Of a DNA stretch of 29,790 nucleotides, positions 8,120 through 16,900 are shown piece after piece. Both the position numbers and the translations under genes were made by a program. This stretch comes from a virus (Duplodnaviria > Caudoviricetes), in IMG/VR virus record IMGVR_UViG_3300022914_000030, positions 1 to 29,790 of that record; one strand, given 5' to 3'. The first letter of the stretch is position 1. Every line of letters begins with the position of its first letter. The notes below the pieces were generated by a model. It was not told the origin of the DNA, made no database searches, and worked only from the letters and a program-made list of their open reading frames with translations.

Positions 8120-10336
8120 CTATTTTATTATTTTTGAAATACTTCCTTTGTTATCATATTTTTTGAAACCAAAATCTAAAACTTTTGTTTGTCTTAATTG
8201 TTTTGGCTGGTATAAGTGTCTATTGCATGCCATAATTGCAAGCCCTGAGCTTATTGCGGCATCGTGCTTGGTTCTATTATTTATATTAAATTTAGACCAA
8301 TCATTCAGTGTTGCATTGAAATATATGTTTCCATAGCTTCCATCTTCTTGTAATCCTACAAATTTATCTATATAAGATTCAATAGCCGCAGCGTGAATTT
8401 GTTTTATATCTTCAGATGTATTAGGTATACCACCTATTTCTTTTTCAGCTGTAGATAATTTATTTCTTGTTTTATCTGGCCTATTCATAGAATATCCTCG
8501 ATACCCTCTTCGTTTTAAATAATACAACAATCTTGGTTTGTTATTTTCTGCAAGAAGTGGCATCCCATAAAATACTAATGCCATAAGTACATCTTCAAAA
8601 AATATTTCAGCGGTTTGAGGTCTTGCAATATATTCTAAAAAGAATGAATTGATTGGTGCATCTTCCATACTAAATTTAGTTAATCCATGTAATGCACCTT
8701 TTGAACCTCTTCCATCAGTTGTACCTGATATATCATAAGAGTCACATCCAAATGCCCCTATATGTTCGTTTCCTGGATACTTGCCCCCATTTTTAGTTAT
8801 TACATGGTTTTGCAAATTTAAACTAGGAATCCAAGATATATTAAACCTTCCATTTAAATCAGGCATAAAAATTACTCTTGAATCTTTAATACCATTTTCC
8901 CATTGGAAGTTTCCTTTTGTTACAGCCCCTGATGTTAATACACCGTCGTTGTAATCTATTTGTTCATATATTTTTTGTAAATTAAATATACTGTTTTTTG
9001 TTTCATCTCTGAACGCATGTTCTTCTGTACGCGGGAACTGTCTATAAAATTCATTTAATCCATCTTGATCATTTCTTAATCCATCTGCTTCATTCTCCCA
9101 GTGTTCTATTATGCCAATGTCGATTTGATCACCATAGGGTCCCTCAACTGGAGTTCCGGGCGTATCGAATACAGGTATTCCATAAGAATCAATGAATCCT
9201 TCGTAGTTCCATTCCATAGGTATGAACAAACTATATAATCCCGAGCTAGTCTGTCCATTGCGGTTTCTTTTTGTAACGTCTGAGTCATAGTATAGTTTTT
9301 TGAAGTTATCTCCACCTTTATCTAAGGCATTAGAAGTAGACCCCATCATACATTTCCCTATTATCCTACTTCCTAGTCTCAGCGTTGTTTTAGTAACACG
9401 CCAGTTATTTAATATATTATCAGGTCTTTCCCATTTACCTGATTCATCGTGAACAAGTAATTTTAACTTTTCACCATCATAAGAGTTGTCCCCTGTGTTT
9501 TTCCAATCTATTGTTGTATCGAGCCCTTCGAGCGCGTCGGCGTTGGACTTGGTTGTACTGGTGATGGACTTTCTAGTGAGTTTGGAAGCGGGGACACGGT
9601 AGGCCAGCTCTGTCTTTGGCCTGTCCATTCCATCTTGTATTGGTTTGAAGAAAAATGGGTAGTGGGTTGATATGGGTACCACCTTGTCGGTAAACATCTT
9701 CTTTGCATCTGCACCAGTCTTCGATAAGATTCCGAATCTAGCATCGGAACTGATAGTAGCTTGGTTAACTGTTTCACTCGATGACATGAAGCTAAATCCA
9801 GACCGTCTATTCTTGAGGTAGCAAATTCCGTAGCATCTATTATCTGCCTTGCAAGCTTCCCAGAATATGAAGAATAATCTGTTTGCTTCTCTAAACTCTG
9901 GTCTCCCAACATCAATTTTGGACCACTGCAGGTAATTGTAATGAGAGCCAGTAATGTAAGTACTACGACCTTTGTTGCGAAACCAAAAGCCTTCTTCGCG
10001 TCTGGTAAATTCTCTATCAATGTATGCATGCCATGTTTCTTTAAATTCCGTTGGATATGTTTGCCAATCAAAAATTGTTTTTATATTTTTTAATTCAGCT
10101 GGATAATCTTCAGGCGTCCATTTATCATATTTGCTATACACATCTTTTTCTTCAGGCAACGCAATCTTTAGGCTTTGTATTTCATATATTTCACCTATCT
10201 TACCTGATTTACTTATAACAACTACATCATGCTCTTTGTTATATCCATACTTCCAAGCTTTCTTTTTATTTAATCTATGTATTGTTGTACGCTTAATAGG
10301 CTCAACAATTTTATATAAAGTTTGCTGATAACTCAT
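8120..10336 (-). CDS. terL: Terminase large subunit
   Basis: 738 aa with Walker A-type KNRRSGFS, Walker B LLVHDESGK, motif III-like MMGST, and nuclease acidic motifs FGCDSYD and HDAAIS. Confidence 0.93.
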   Translation of the reverse strand: MSYQQTLYKIVEPIKRTTIHRLNKKKAWKYGYNKEHDVVVISKSGKIGEIYEIQSLKIALPEEKDVYSKYDKWTPEDYPAELKNIKTIFDWQTYPTEFKETWHAYIDREFTRREEGFWFRNKGRSTYITGSHYNYLQWSKIDVGRPEFREANRLFFIFWEACKADNRCYGICYLKNRRSGFSFMSSSETVNQATISSDARFGILSKTGADAKKMFTDKVVPISTHYPFFFKPIQDGMDRPKTELAYRVPASKLTRKSITSTTKSNADALEGLDTTIDWKNTGDNSYDGEKLKLLVHDESGKWERPDNILNNWRVTKTTLRLGSRIIGKCMMGSTSNALDKGGDNFKKLYYDSDVTKRNRNGQTSSGLYSLFIPMEWNYEGFIDSYGIPVFDTPGTPVEGPYGDQIDIGIIEHWENEADGLRNDQDGLNEFYRQFPRTEEHAFRDETKNSIFNLQKIYEQIDYNDGVLTSGAVTKGNFQWENGIKDSRVIFMPDLNGRFNISWIPSLNLQNHVITKNGGKYPGNEHIGAFGCDSYDISGTTDGRGSKGALHGLTKFSMEDAPINSFFLEYIARPQTAEIFFEDVLMALVFYGMPLLAENNKPRLLYYLKRRGYRGYSMNRPDKTRNKLSTAEKEIGGIPNTSEDIKQIHAAAIESYIDKFVGLQEDGSYGNIYFNATLNDWSKFNINNRTKHDAAISSGLAIMACNRHLYQPKQLRQTKVLDFGFKKYDNKGSISKIIK
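9508..10029 (-). CDS. Candidate overprinted membrane/lipoprotein-like ORF (+1 frame inside terL), 173 aa from ATG
   Basis: Frame is open for 187 codons (TTG 10071, ATG 10029). KK...K-VVVLTLLALITIT-C-SG signal-like N-terminus, Pro/Ser-rich C-terminus, and GC-richer terL codons across the overlap. Confidence 0.45.
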   Translation of the reverse strand: MHTLIENLPDAKKAFGFATKVVVLTLLALITITCSGPKLMLGDQSLEKQTDYSSYSGKLARQIIDATEFATSRIDGLDLASCHRVKQLTKLLSVPMLDSESYRRLVQMQRRCLPTRWYPYQPTTHFSSNQYKMEWTGQRQSWPTVSPLPNSLESPSPVQPSPTPTRSKGSIQQ

Positions 10337-10608
10337 TATTTTGATCGTTTTTCTGCAAATCCTTTAAAAGCTTCTTTATTTTCTTGTATAGGTTTATTAT
10401 TTAATATAGCTTCTTCGGCTTGTATCCTGTTTAATATTTCAAACGCATCGAATATTGCTAACTTTTTTGTAGCTGCTGCATTTTTTAATCTATCAGCTGA
10501 AACGTCATCATCGGTTTCAACTATAGGTTCTTTTGCAACTTTAACAAGTTCATCAACTGCCCTATAGCCAGCTTGGATTATATTCGACTTCTTTTTCTTT
10601 ATATCCAT
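10336..10608 (-). CDS. Putative terminase small subunit
   Basis: 90-aa helical protein (from MDIKKKK) whose stop overlaps the terL start (TAATG). Inferred from position. Confidence 0.5.
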   Translation of the reverse strand: MDIKKKKSNIIQAGYRAVDELVKVAKEPIVETDDDVSADRLKNAAATKKLAIFDAFEILNRIQAEEAILNNKPIQENKEAFKGFAEKRSK

Positions 10609-11146
10609 ATTTAATTGAAATATCATTTAATTTTATTCTATACAATCTTTTACCGCCAACAATAAATTCAAATTCAGAATAAGGCGTAAAACCTATAACT
10701 TCATTTTTAGTTACAAAATCAGAACCATCTGTATAAACTACAATTCCTTTTAAGGGTTCTTCTTTTATTTCCCATTTATCATCAGCTTGTATTGGATTTA
10801 CAAAACAGTAACCTGGCATTGCTATCCAATTATCATTTCTTTTATACATATATACCTGATCTAAATAACAAAAGTACATATTATTTTTAAAATAATTTCC
10901 ACTATTTTTTTCTTCCCCTCTTACATCATAGTATCTTCTGAATATATTGTGATGTACTAATACTTCATCAGACTCGCGCAGAGGCGTTTTAAACGCGCCA
11001 GGAAGAGCTTTTACTATTGCTTCCTTACTTACGTACCTATAGTCACTAATTGACGTGTTTAAGATCAAATTTTTATCGGATACTTTTTTGGTATTTTTAT
11101 AGCGGTTTTCTTTTGGTTTTATAATAAGTGCATATGGGTTATTCAT
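10562..11146 (-). CDS. Tandem (two-domain) GroES-like co-chaperonin
   Basis: C-half YCFVNPI...LKGIVVY...NEVIGFTPYSEFEFIVGGKRLYRIKLNDI follows the GroES pattern. N-half ALIIKP...LILNT...AIVKA...DEVLVHH...DQVY is a weaker second copy. Confidence 0.6.
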   Translation of the reverse strand: MNNPYALIIKPKENRYKNTKKVSDKNLILNTSISDYRYVSKEAIVKALPGAFKTPLRESDEVLVHHNIFRRYYDVRGEEKNSGNYFKNNMYFCYLDQVYMYKRNDNWIAMPGYCFVNPIQADDKWEIKEEPLKGIVVYTDGSDFVTKNEVIGFTPYSEFEFIVGGKRLYRIKLNDISIKYGYKEKEVEYNPSWL

Positions 11147-11360
11147 AATCTAAATTATACTCTACACTTATTCCCATGTTTTTGTTAAAAGATTTCCAAA
11201 GTAACACTTCTTTATTCTTTTTAATATATATTTCGTAATCTGTATCTTTTTCTAATATATTTGTGATTACATGGTTACCATAAACTTCCTGACCAATTTG
11301 ATAGTGCATTGCGTTATCCTTATAGTCTCTTCCTATACTAATTTTTCTTATTAGTTTCAT
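11139..11360 (-). CDS. Hypothetical protein (73 aa, beta-rich)
   Basis: MKLIRKISIGRDYKDNAMHYQIGQEV..., overlapping both neighbours in the operon. Confidence 0.7.
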   Translation of the reverse strand: MKLIRKISIGRDYKDNAMHYQIGQEVYGNHVITNILEKDTDYEIYIKKNKEVLLWKSFNKNMGISVEYNLDYE

Positions 11361-11583
11361 TTGATTCAATTTTTTCTAGCTCACCTGTTTCAATGTTTAT
11401 ATTGCATTTTCCATATATTTCTTGTAAGCTAGATTTCATATTATTTAATTGTATTTCTAACTGTGAAAATTCATGGGCTAATTTATGACCATTTATAGTA
11501 TTTAACCCAATTTCATTTTGTTTTGTAGATATTTTATCTACTAAAGCTTTTAAATTATCAAGCTCTTTTTTCTTTAATTTCAT
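11338..11583 (-). CDS. Small coiled-coil hypothetical protein
   Basis: 81 aa with a heptad pattern ending YGKCNINIETGE; first gene after an intergenic gap. Confidence 0.7.
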   Translation of the reverse strand: MKLKKKELDNLKALVDKISTKQNEIGLNTINGHKLAHEFSQLEIQLNNMKSSLQEIYGKCNINIETGELEKIESNETNKKN

Positions 11584-11614
11584 AAGTTATTGAATTTGAT
11601 TTAATTATATTTTT

Positions 11615-11626
11615 TATATATTACGC
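11615..11626 (-). promoter_or_regulatory. Candidate late promoter GCGTAAT(A/T)
   Basis: Minus strand GCGTAATATATA upstream of the packaging/head operon; same core at 28750-28756. Confidence 0.45.
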
Positions 11627-11631
11627 ATTAT

Positions 11632-11661
11632 ATGAATGGTTCAAATCCATTCGTTTTTTTT
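11632..11661 (+). terminator. Hairpin plus U-tract oriented for plus-strand (antisense) termination
   Basis: GAATGG-TTCAAAT-CCATTC followed by GTTTTTTTT on the plus strand. Confidence 0.4.
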
Positions 11662-11664
11662 ATT

Positions 11665-12519
11665 TTATAATTTTAAATCCCATACTTCGTGTGTATAAGG
11701 AGACGATGTTCCTACACGACCAAATAAAAGAATATGCGACATCTCATCATTAAGTTGCATAAATCTAATAGCCATATTGCCTATTATTGACGAAAAATCA
11801 AATACTGTCCCTGTTCCTCTAGAAGAAATATCATAAGCAGTTGATAAATCATATTGCGCTATTTTACCATTTTGATCACCACCGGCATAAAATTTAGTCC
11901 CATCGTGATTAAATTGGCACGACCTTGCCCTTGAACCTAAATCAGTTACTGCAAAACTTATGCTAGTTGCAGTACCACAGCCAGAACCCGACGATAAATC
12001 ACCTGCTGTACTTAATGAAATAGCTTTTACAGTATCGTATTGTAAATATAAAGTATCTTCATTACGAGATAAAAATTGTGATGATGATGTTCTCTCACCA
12101 CCACTTCTCGTACAAGTGTCTGTGTTAATTGAACCAGCTGTTGATATATCTCCTGCTGTACCTAATGGCTGCGAATAATAATTATTTGAATAATATGGGT
12201 CGTAAGAAATCCAATCTAAATCTTTATTTATTATAACACCTGTCATATAATTTGGCATTGTTGCGGTAGTTTGGTATGTTTTTTGAACAGTACCTATTGA
12301 CGTAACATCAAATGCGGTACTGAAGTTATATTGATTAAACCAATGTTGACTGTTAGATAAATGTGTAGTTATTAGCCTTGTACCATCAGCGCTTATACAC
12401 CCACCCCTTGGGTCACCTTGAGAACCTACTGTAAGTGTTTTTGAAGCATAAGACGTTGCATTAGATAAATCTCCGTCAAATATTCTTTCTTGCGATATTA
12501 ATCTTTTACCTAAACTCAT
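11665..12519 (-). CDS. Putative receptor-binding beta-propeller protein
   Basis: 284 aa with repeated blades (ISADGTRL...QYNFSTAFDVTS; FNHDGTKFY...QYDLSTAYDISS). Confidence 0.65.
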   Translation of the reverse strand: MSLGKRLISQERIFDGDLSNATSYASKTLTVGSQGDPRGGCISADGTRLITTHLSNSQHWFNQYNFSTAFDVTSIGTVQKTYQTTATMPNYMTGVIINKDLDWISYDPYYSNNYYSQPLGTAGDISTAGSINTDTCTRSGGERTSSSQFLSRNEDTLYLQYDTVKAISLSTAGDLSSGSGCGTATSISFAVTDLGSRARSCQFNHDGTKFYAGGDQNGKIAQYDLSTAYDISSRGTGTVFDFSSIIGNMAIRFMQLNDEMSHILLFGRVGTSSPYTHEVWDLKL

Positions 12520-12967
12520 ATTTTACTACATCTGCTTTTTTTGTTAATGCATTAATTGCCGCTTCGTGATCGTTATGACTTGCTAGTATTGCAGTTCTTT
12601 CATCTTCTACTTCTTGTGGTACATCTATATTTCTATTTAATTTTCTTATATAATACCAATCAGTTGTTAATAATAAACTATTTGTATGTTCTTGCAAATA
12701 ATTTAATTTTTGTTCTTTCAGCTCGGTTAAAGTTTCTGACCAAGTTTTATCTGAAACATCTTTAGTAAAATTTTCACTTGCAGAATCAAAATATAAATCT
12801 CCAAGTTCTTGTATTCTTGAGTCATATTCAGGAATTACTACATCATAAAAACCATAAGACCTTAAGTCATCATCTGAAAGTAAATGAAATCCTCCAATAA
12901 TATCTCCCCATGAAGATGGCAATGTATTATATGTTTTAATTTGTCCGTTTATATTTATTGCTTTCAT
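12506..12967 (-). CDS. Tail fibre assembly chaperone-like protein, copy B
   Basis: Likely start MKAININGQI (12967). LL.TDWY..RK..RN..VP motif; clear paralogue of 17346-17828. Confidence 0.7.
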   Translation of the reverse strand: MKAININGQIKTYNTLPSSWGDIIGGFHLLSDDDLRSYGFYDVVIPEYDSRIQELGDLYFDSASENFTKDVSDKTWSETLTELKEQKLNYLQEHTNSLLLTTDWYYIRKLNRNIDVPQEVEDERTAILASHNDHEAAINALTKKADVVKYEFR

Positions 12968-12971
12968 ATTA

Positions 12972-13508
12972 TTAAGGTGTTGTATCGCTAGTGTAAGTTG
13001 CAATAGAATAATGATATATTTTAGCACCTGAACTATCATCGGTGCACACTATTTGAATTAAATTGTTTGCTGTGCCGTCATAATCTGTTGAACCTACTTT
13101 GTTAAATGTTGAACCTGTTTCACTGAATGTTATTGTATAATTTCCTGTTAATATTAAATCTACCACCTGCCCTTGAACGGCATTACTAAATGTAAATGTA
13201 GCTGCTGCGTTTGCAGTTGCAGTAAATGTACTAGCTGCGCTAAAGTCTAAGCTAAATGTACTTCCTGTGCCTAATGCACTTAATGCTGTATATCTATTTT
13301 CTAACATTGCAAATTCAACAGCGTCGTTTGCTATTGTAACCGCCCCTGCTGACATTGTTACATCTCCACTAATTGATAATGTAGAACCATCACCTAAAAG
13401 ATTATACAACTCATTAGTATTGTCATTTATTTTATCAGCCCCGTTTCTTAGTGTATCACCAGTGCCGTCATTAGCCGCACTACCTATATTTATTGTTTGT
13501 TTTGCCAT
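12972..13508 (-). CDS. Fibre adaptor with T4 gp9/gp10-like N-terminus, copy B
   Basis: MAKQTINIG...NDGTGDTLR...KINDN..ELY. C-terminal domain shared with 17830-18390 and 19651-20181. Confidence 0.7.
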   Translation of the reverse strand: MAKQTINIGSAANDGTGDTLRNGADKINDNTNELYNLLGDGSTLSISGDVTMSAGAVTIANDAVEFAMLENRYTALSALGTGSTFSLDFSAASTFTATANAAATFTFSNAVQGQVVDLILTGNYTITFSETGSTFNKVGSTDYDGTANNLIQIVCTDDSSGAKIYHYSIATYTSDTTP

Positions 13509-13518
13509 TACTTAATTA

Positions 13519-13779
13519 TTAATATTGTGTTGCATCCATTGTTAATGCATTACTATCAAATGTTTTTAAAGAACTGTCTAATGTAAGCGGATAATCTGGT
13601 CCTACATCAATCCAACTTGTTCCATCATATGCTTCTAATTTTGTAGTTGTTGTATTAAATCTAATATAACCAGCTGAAGCTGTTCCAGGCCTCTGTGCAG
13701 TAGTTCCTGTTGGAATCTGCAAATAATCTGTAGCTTCTGTAAACTTCAGTAGCCCTTGTTCTATCTTAGTTTGTGCCAT
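13519..13779 (-). CDS. Small fibre linker protein (GTTAQRP module plus T.DS-repeat tail)
   Basis: 86 aa, IPTGTTAQRP...G.IRFNTTT.KLE.YDG..W, tail LTLDSSLKTFDSNALTMD. Confidence 0.7.
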   Translation of the reverse strand: MAQTKIEQGLLKFTEATDYLQIPTGTTAQRPGTASAGYIRFNTTTTKLEAYDGTSWIDVGPDYPLTLDSSLKTFDSNALTMDATQY

Positions 13780-13786
13780 TGCTTAA

Positions 13787-13966
13787 TTATATATTAAACC
13801 ACCCTGTACCGTTGTGTATTTCAAGTTTAGCTGTTGTTGTATTAAATCTAATATTTCCCGCACTTGGAGAACTAGGTCTTTGAGCTGTTGTACCAGTCGG
13901 TATTTTTAAATAATCAGTTGCTTCTGTAAATTTTAATAAACCTTGTTCTATTTTTGTTTGCGCCAT
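13787..13966 (-). CDS. 59-aa paralogue of 13519-13779 lacking the C-terminal tail (not in ORF track)
   Basis: Hand translation MAQTKIEQGLLKFTEATDYLKIPTGTTAQRPSSPSAGNIRFNTTTAKLEIHNGTGWFNI*. First 20 aa are identical to the neighbour despite many synonymous changes. Confidence 0.85.
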   Translation of the reverse strand: MAQTKIEQGLLKFTEATDYLKIPTGTTAQRPSSPSAGNIRFNTTTAKLEIHNGTGWFNI

Positions 13967-13968
13967 TA

Positions 13969-16900
13969 TTAATTTATTTTAAATGCCATATATATATATT
14001 CGTAACCACTTGAATTTAAATTTATAGTTCCATTATAAGCATCAAATCCTGTTGATGTAAATTCTAATCCATAAACTGCGTTAGTTGCTTCTGCTGCTGA
14101 ATCTTGTGCTTGTACGTATGGTGTATTATTAAGAGTGCCATCTCCTCTAACACTATCAATCATTATCCATCTACCTCCAGTAATATTATACATTTTTACC
14201 ATTACAAAATCTGGTTGAAATCCCACATTTACGCTAACAGTACTTGAACTACCGCTATAACTTCCAATCTTGCTATAATTTGATACTGAATGGAAACAGT
14301 AGGCTATGTAATCGTTACCGCTTCCATTAACATTTACATCGTTACCGAGAGTTACTGTTGTAGATGATGGAGATGTACTATTCCACATATTTAAATTAGT
14401 TCCAGTAGCATTTGTTTGATTTAAAAATATTCTTTGTGTATTACCTAATGCAGAGTGATAAACAGTCCAATCATCAGCAGTATTCAATATTTTTACAATT
14501 ACCATATCAGGAGCAGCTGATAATCCGTGACCGATAGTTGCTCCTGAAGTACCATTCCCTTCATATTTAACAATACTAAATCCTGCATTTGCATTTGCAC
14601 TAACAAGTGAATCTACAGTACCTTCTGTGTTTATTGTCGGTTCGTTATCATCAGCTTTCCACGCCCAAGCAACGAAATCTCCTCCACTTGCATTTACTCC
14701 ATTCGCACTTCCTACAGTAAACCCTCCTGCATCAAAAGAAGTTAACTGTGTTGAATCAACTGTATTTGCATTAGTATTATTTGATTGTAATAAATTATAA
14801 ACACCTCTTGTTGAATCAAACCAATTTTGTCCCCTTACTGCATCTCTTTGTTTTATCCAAACTAAATTAGCTTGAAATCCTAAACCTTCAATACTTTGTG
14901 TTGCACCTGTACCAGTATAAGTTACTGTACTAAAACTTTTTGCTACTGTTGGTGCTTCTGTGTCAGGGTCTGCAGCAAATGCCATATAGATATATGTACC
15001 GCCTGAAGCATTAAATGCTGCGTTTGATGTTTTAACTTCAAATCCATTACTTAAAAAATCGTGTGGATATGCACTATAATCAGATTCAGCATTACTTCTA
15101 TCTGCTTGTAAATTTAAATATCTTGGGTTTGTTAAATTTCTTTTATTATCCCAAATATACCAATTATATCCAGCTGTATCAGTTCTTTTAGTCATTAAAA
15201 ACGCAGGTTCAAATCCTGTTTCTATTATATTACTTGTTGAACCATTACCTGTGTATGAGCCAATCTTTGAAAAGCCATCGACTGAATGGAAAGCATAAGC
15301 AACAGTATCTCCTCCGTAATATGAGTGATATTGTCCCCACGCTGTACCCATATTTATTACTGTACTACTTGGGGCTGTGGTATTCCAATATGCACTTGTA
15401 GCTCCCGAAAAAGCACCATTACTATCTAAAACAAGTTCTTTATTAGGATTATTTGGATATACTATATTTGAAGTGCTTCCAGATTGATCTAAAGAAAAGA
15501 AAAACACTAACTCTGGTGGGGCTGAAAGCCCGTGGCCAATAGTAAAAGCAGTTTGAGTTGTTACAGTCATATCGTACTTTATAATAGAAAACCCAGAATC
15601 TTGATTTGCTTGTACTGTAGTTGTAATACTTCCATCTGTATTGCTGCTTGTAGTTCCTCCGTTTGCTTTTAGACACCAAGCTACATAATCATCTCCATCT
15701 TTGTTAGCATCACCACCTGCACCAACAGTAAAACCACCTGTATCAAAAGATAATATATGGTCTGTTGCACTTACTTCTGCAATAGTTATATTAGGTCTAA
15801 CTTGTTTTCCTGTACCTCTTGTTGAATCAGATATATTATGGTCGTATGCTTGTGTTCTTGTTTTGTACCAAACAAAATCAGGGGTAAAGTTTAATCCGTA
15901 TTCGTAACTAACATTACTTGCACTACCATCGTATGCTCTCATATCATCATTTGCATTTCCTTCAAATCTATAAGAAGCTACAAGTGAGTTTTCATTATAC
16001 AATGTAGTTACTTCACTTGCTGATAATGCTTTATCGAATAATCTTACTTGGTCTAATTTGCCTAAAAAAGGTCTAACTAATGAACCTAAATCATCCTCTT
16101 GCGCACCTATAACATTGTAATTATATCGTGATGCTCCTGAACCATTTTTAAAAGTACCATCCCAAGAAGCTGACGATATTTCAACAGAACCATTTAAATA
16201 AGCAATTATCCCATTTGTAGAATCCCCTGTTAAAGCAACGTGATGCCAAGTATTTTGAGTTATTGTTGTAGTTCCTGTGTTTTCTATATTTGTTGGTGAG
16301 GAATTTGCTACCCTGTATCTTAAAAAGCTATTTGTAGGTATCTCAATCCAAATATAAATTCCATCAAATAAAGTAATCATTCTTCTTTCTGTAGAACCTA
16401 AACTTCCTGTATTTGCAAAAAACCAAAAAGAAACAGAAAAAGCACCATTTGAACCTATACTATTTGTCGTGCTTTGAGGTAAAATAACTTTACTACTACT
16501 TCCATTAAAACTTGCTGCTTGACCATATCTTCCTGCTGCATATTGTATCGCAGTTCCAGTTCCATCATAGTTACCGCTTAAATCATCTTCATTGTTTTCA
16601 AATCTATAAGTAGCAAGACAAGAACTATCTCCAAGTACTTGTAGTGTATCTGTTGTATCTTCTGATAATGGGTCTAATGATTCTACTGTATCTACTGTTT
16701 CTGCATATAATGTTGAAACTTCTGATGATGATAATTCTTTATCAAATATTCTAAATTGGTCTAATTTACCCCAAAACTCACCACCTTGACTTGTAGTTGT
16801 TGTAGAGTTTCCTATAAAAGTTCCTGCTGTTGTTGCTGGTACTGCTTTATTAGATGAACCTTGCACATCTAAAGAACCATTAACATATATTTTCACATTA

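Noticed and set aside
12968-13039. ORF-track N-terminal extension of 12506-13039 (likewise those of 10336-10626, 24762-25109 and 29177-29470)
   Set aside because: The extensions overlap upstream genes or motifs; paralogy or signal-peptide logic supports the internal ATG starts.
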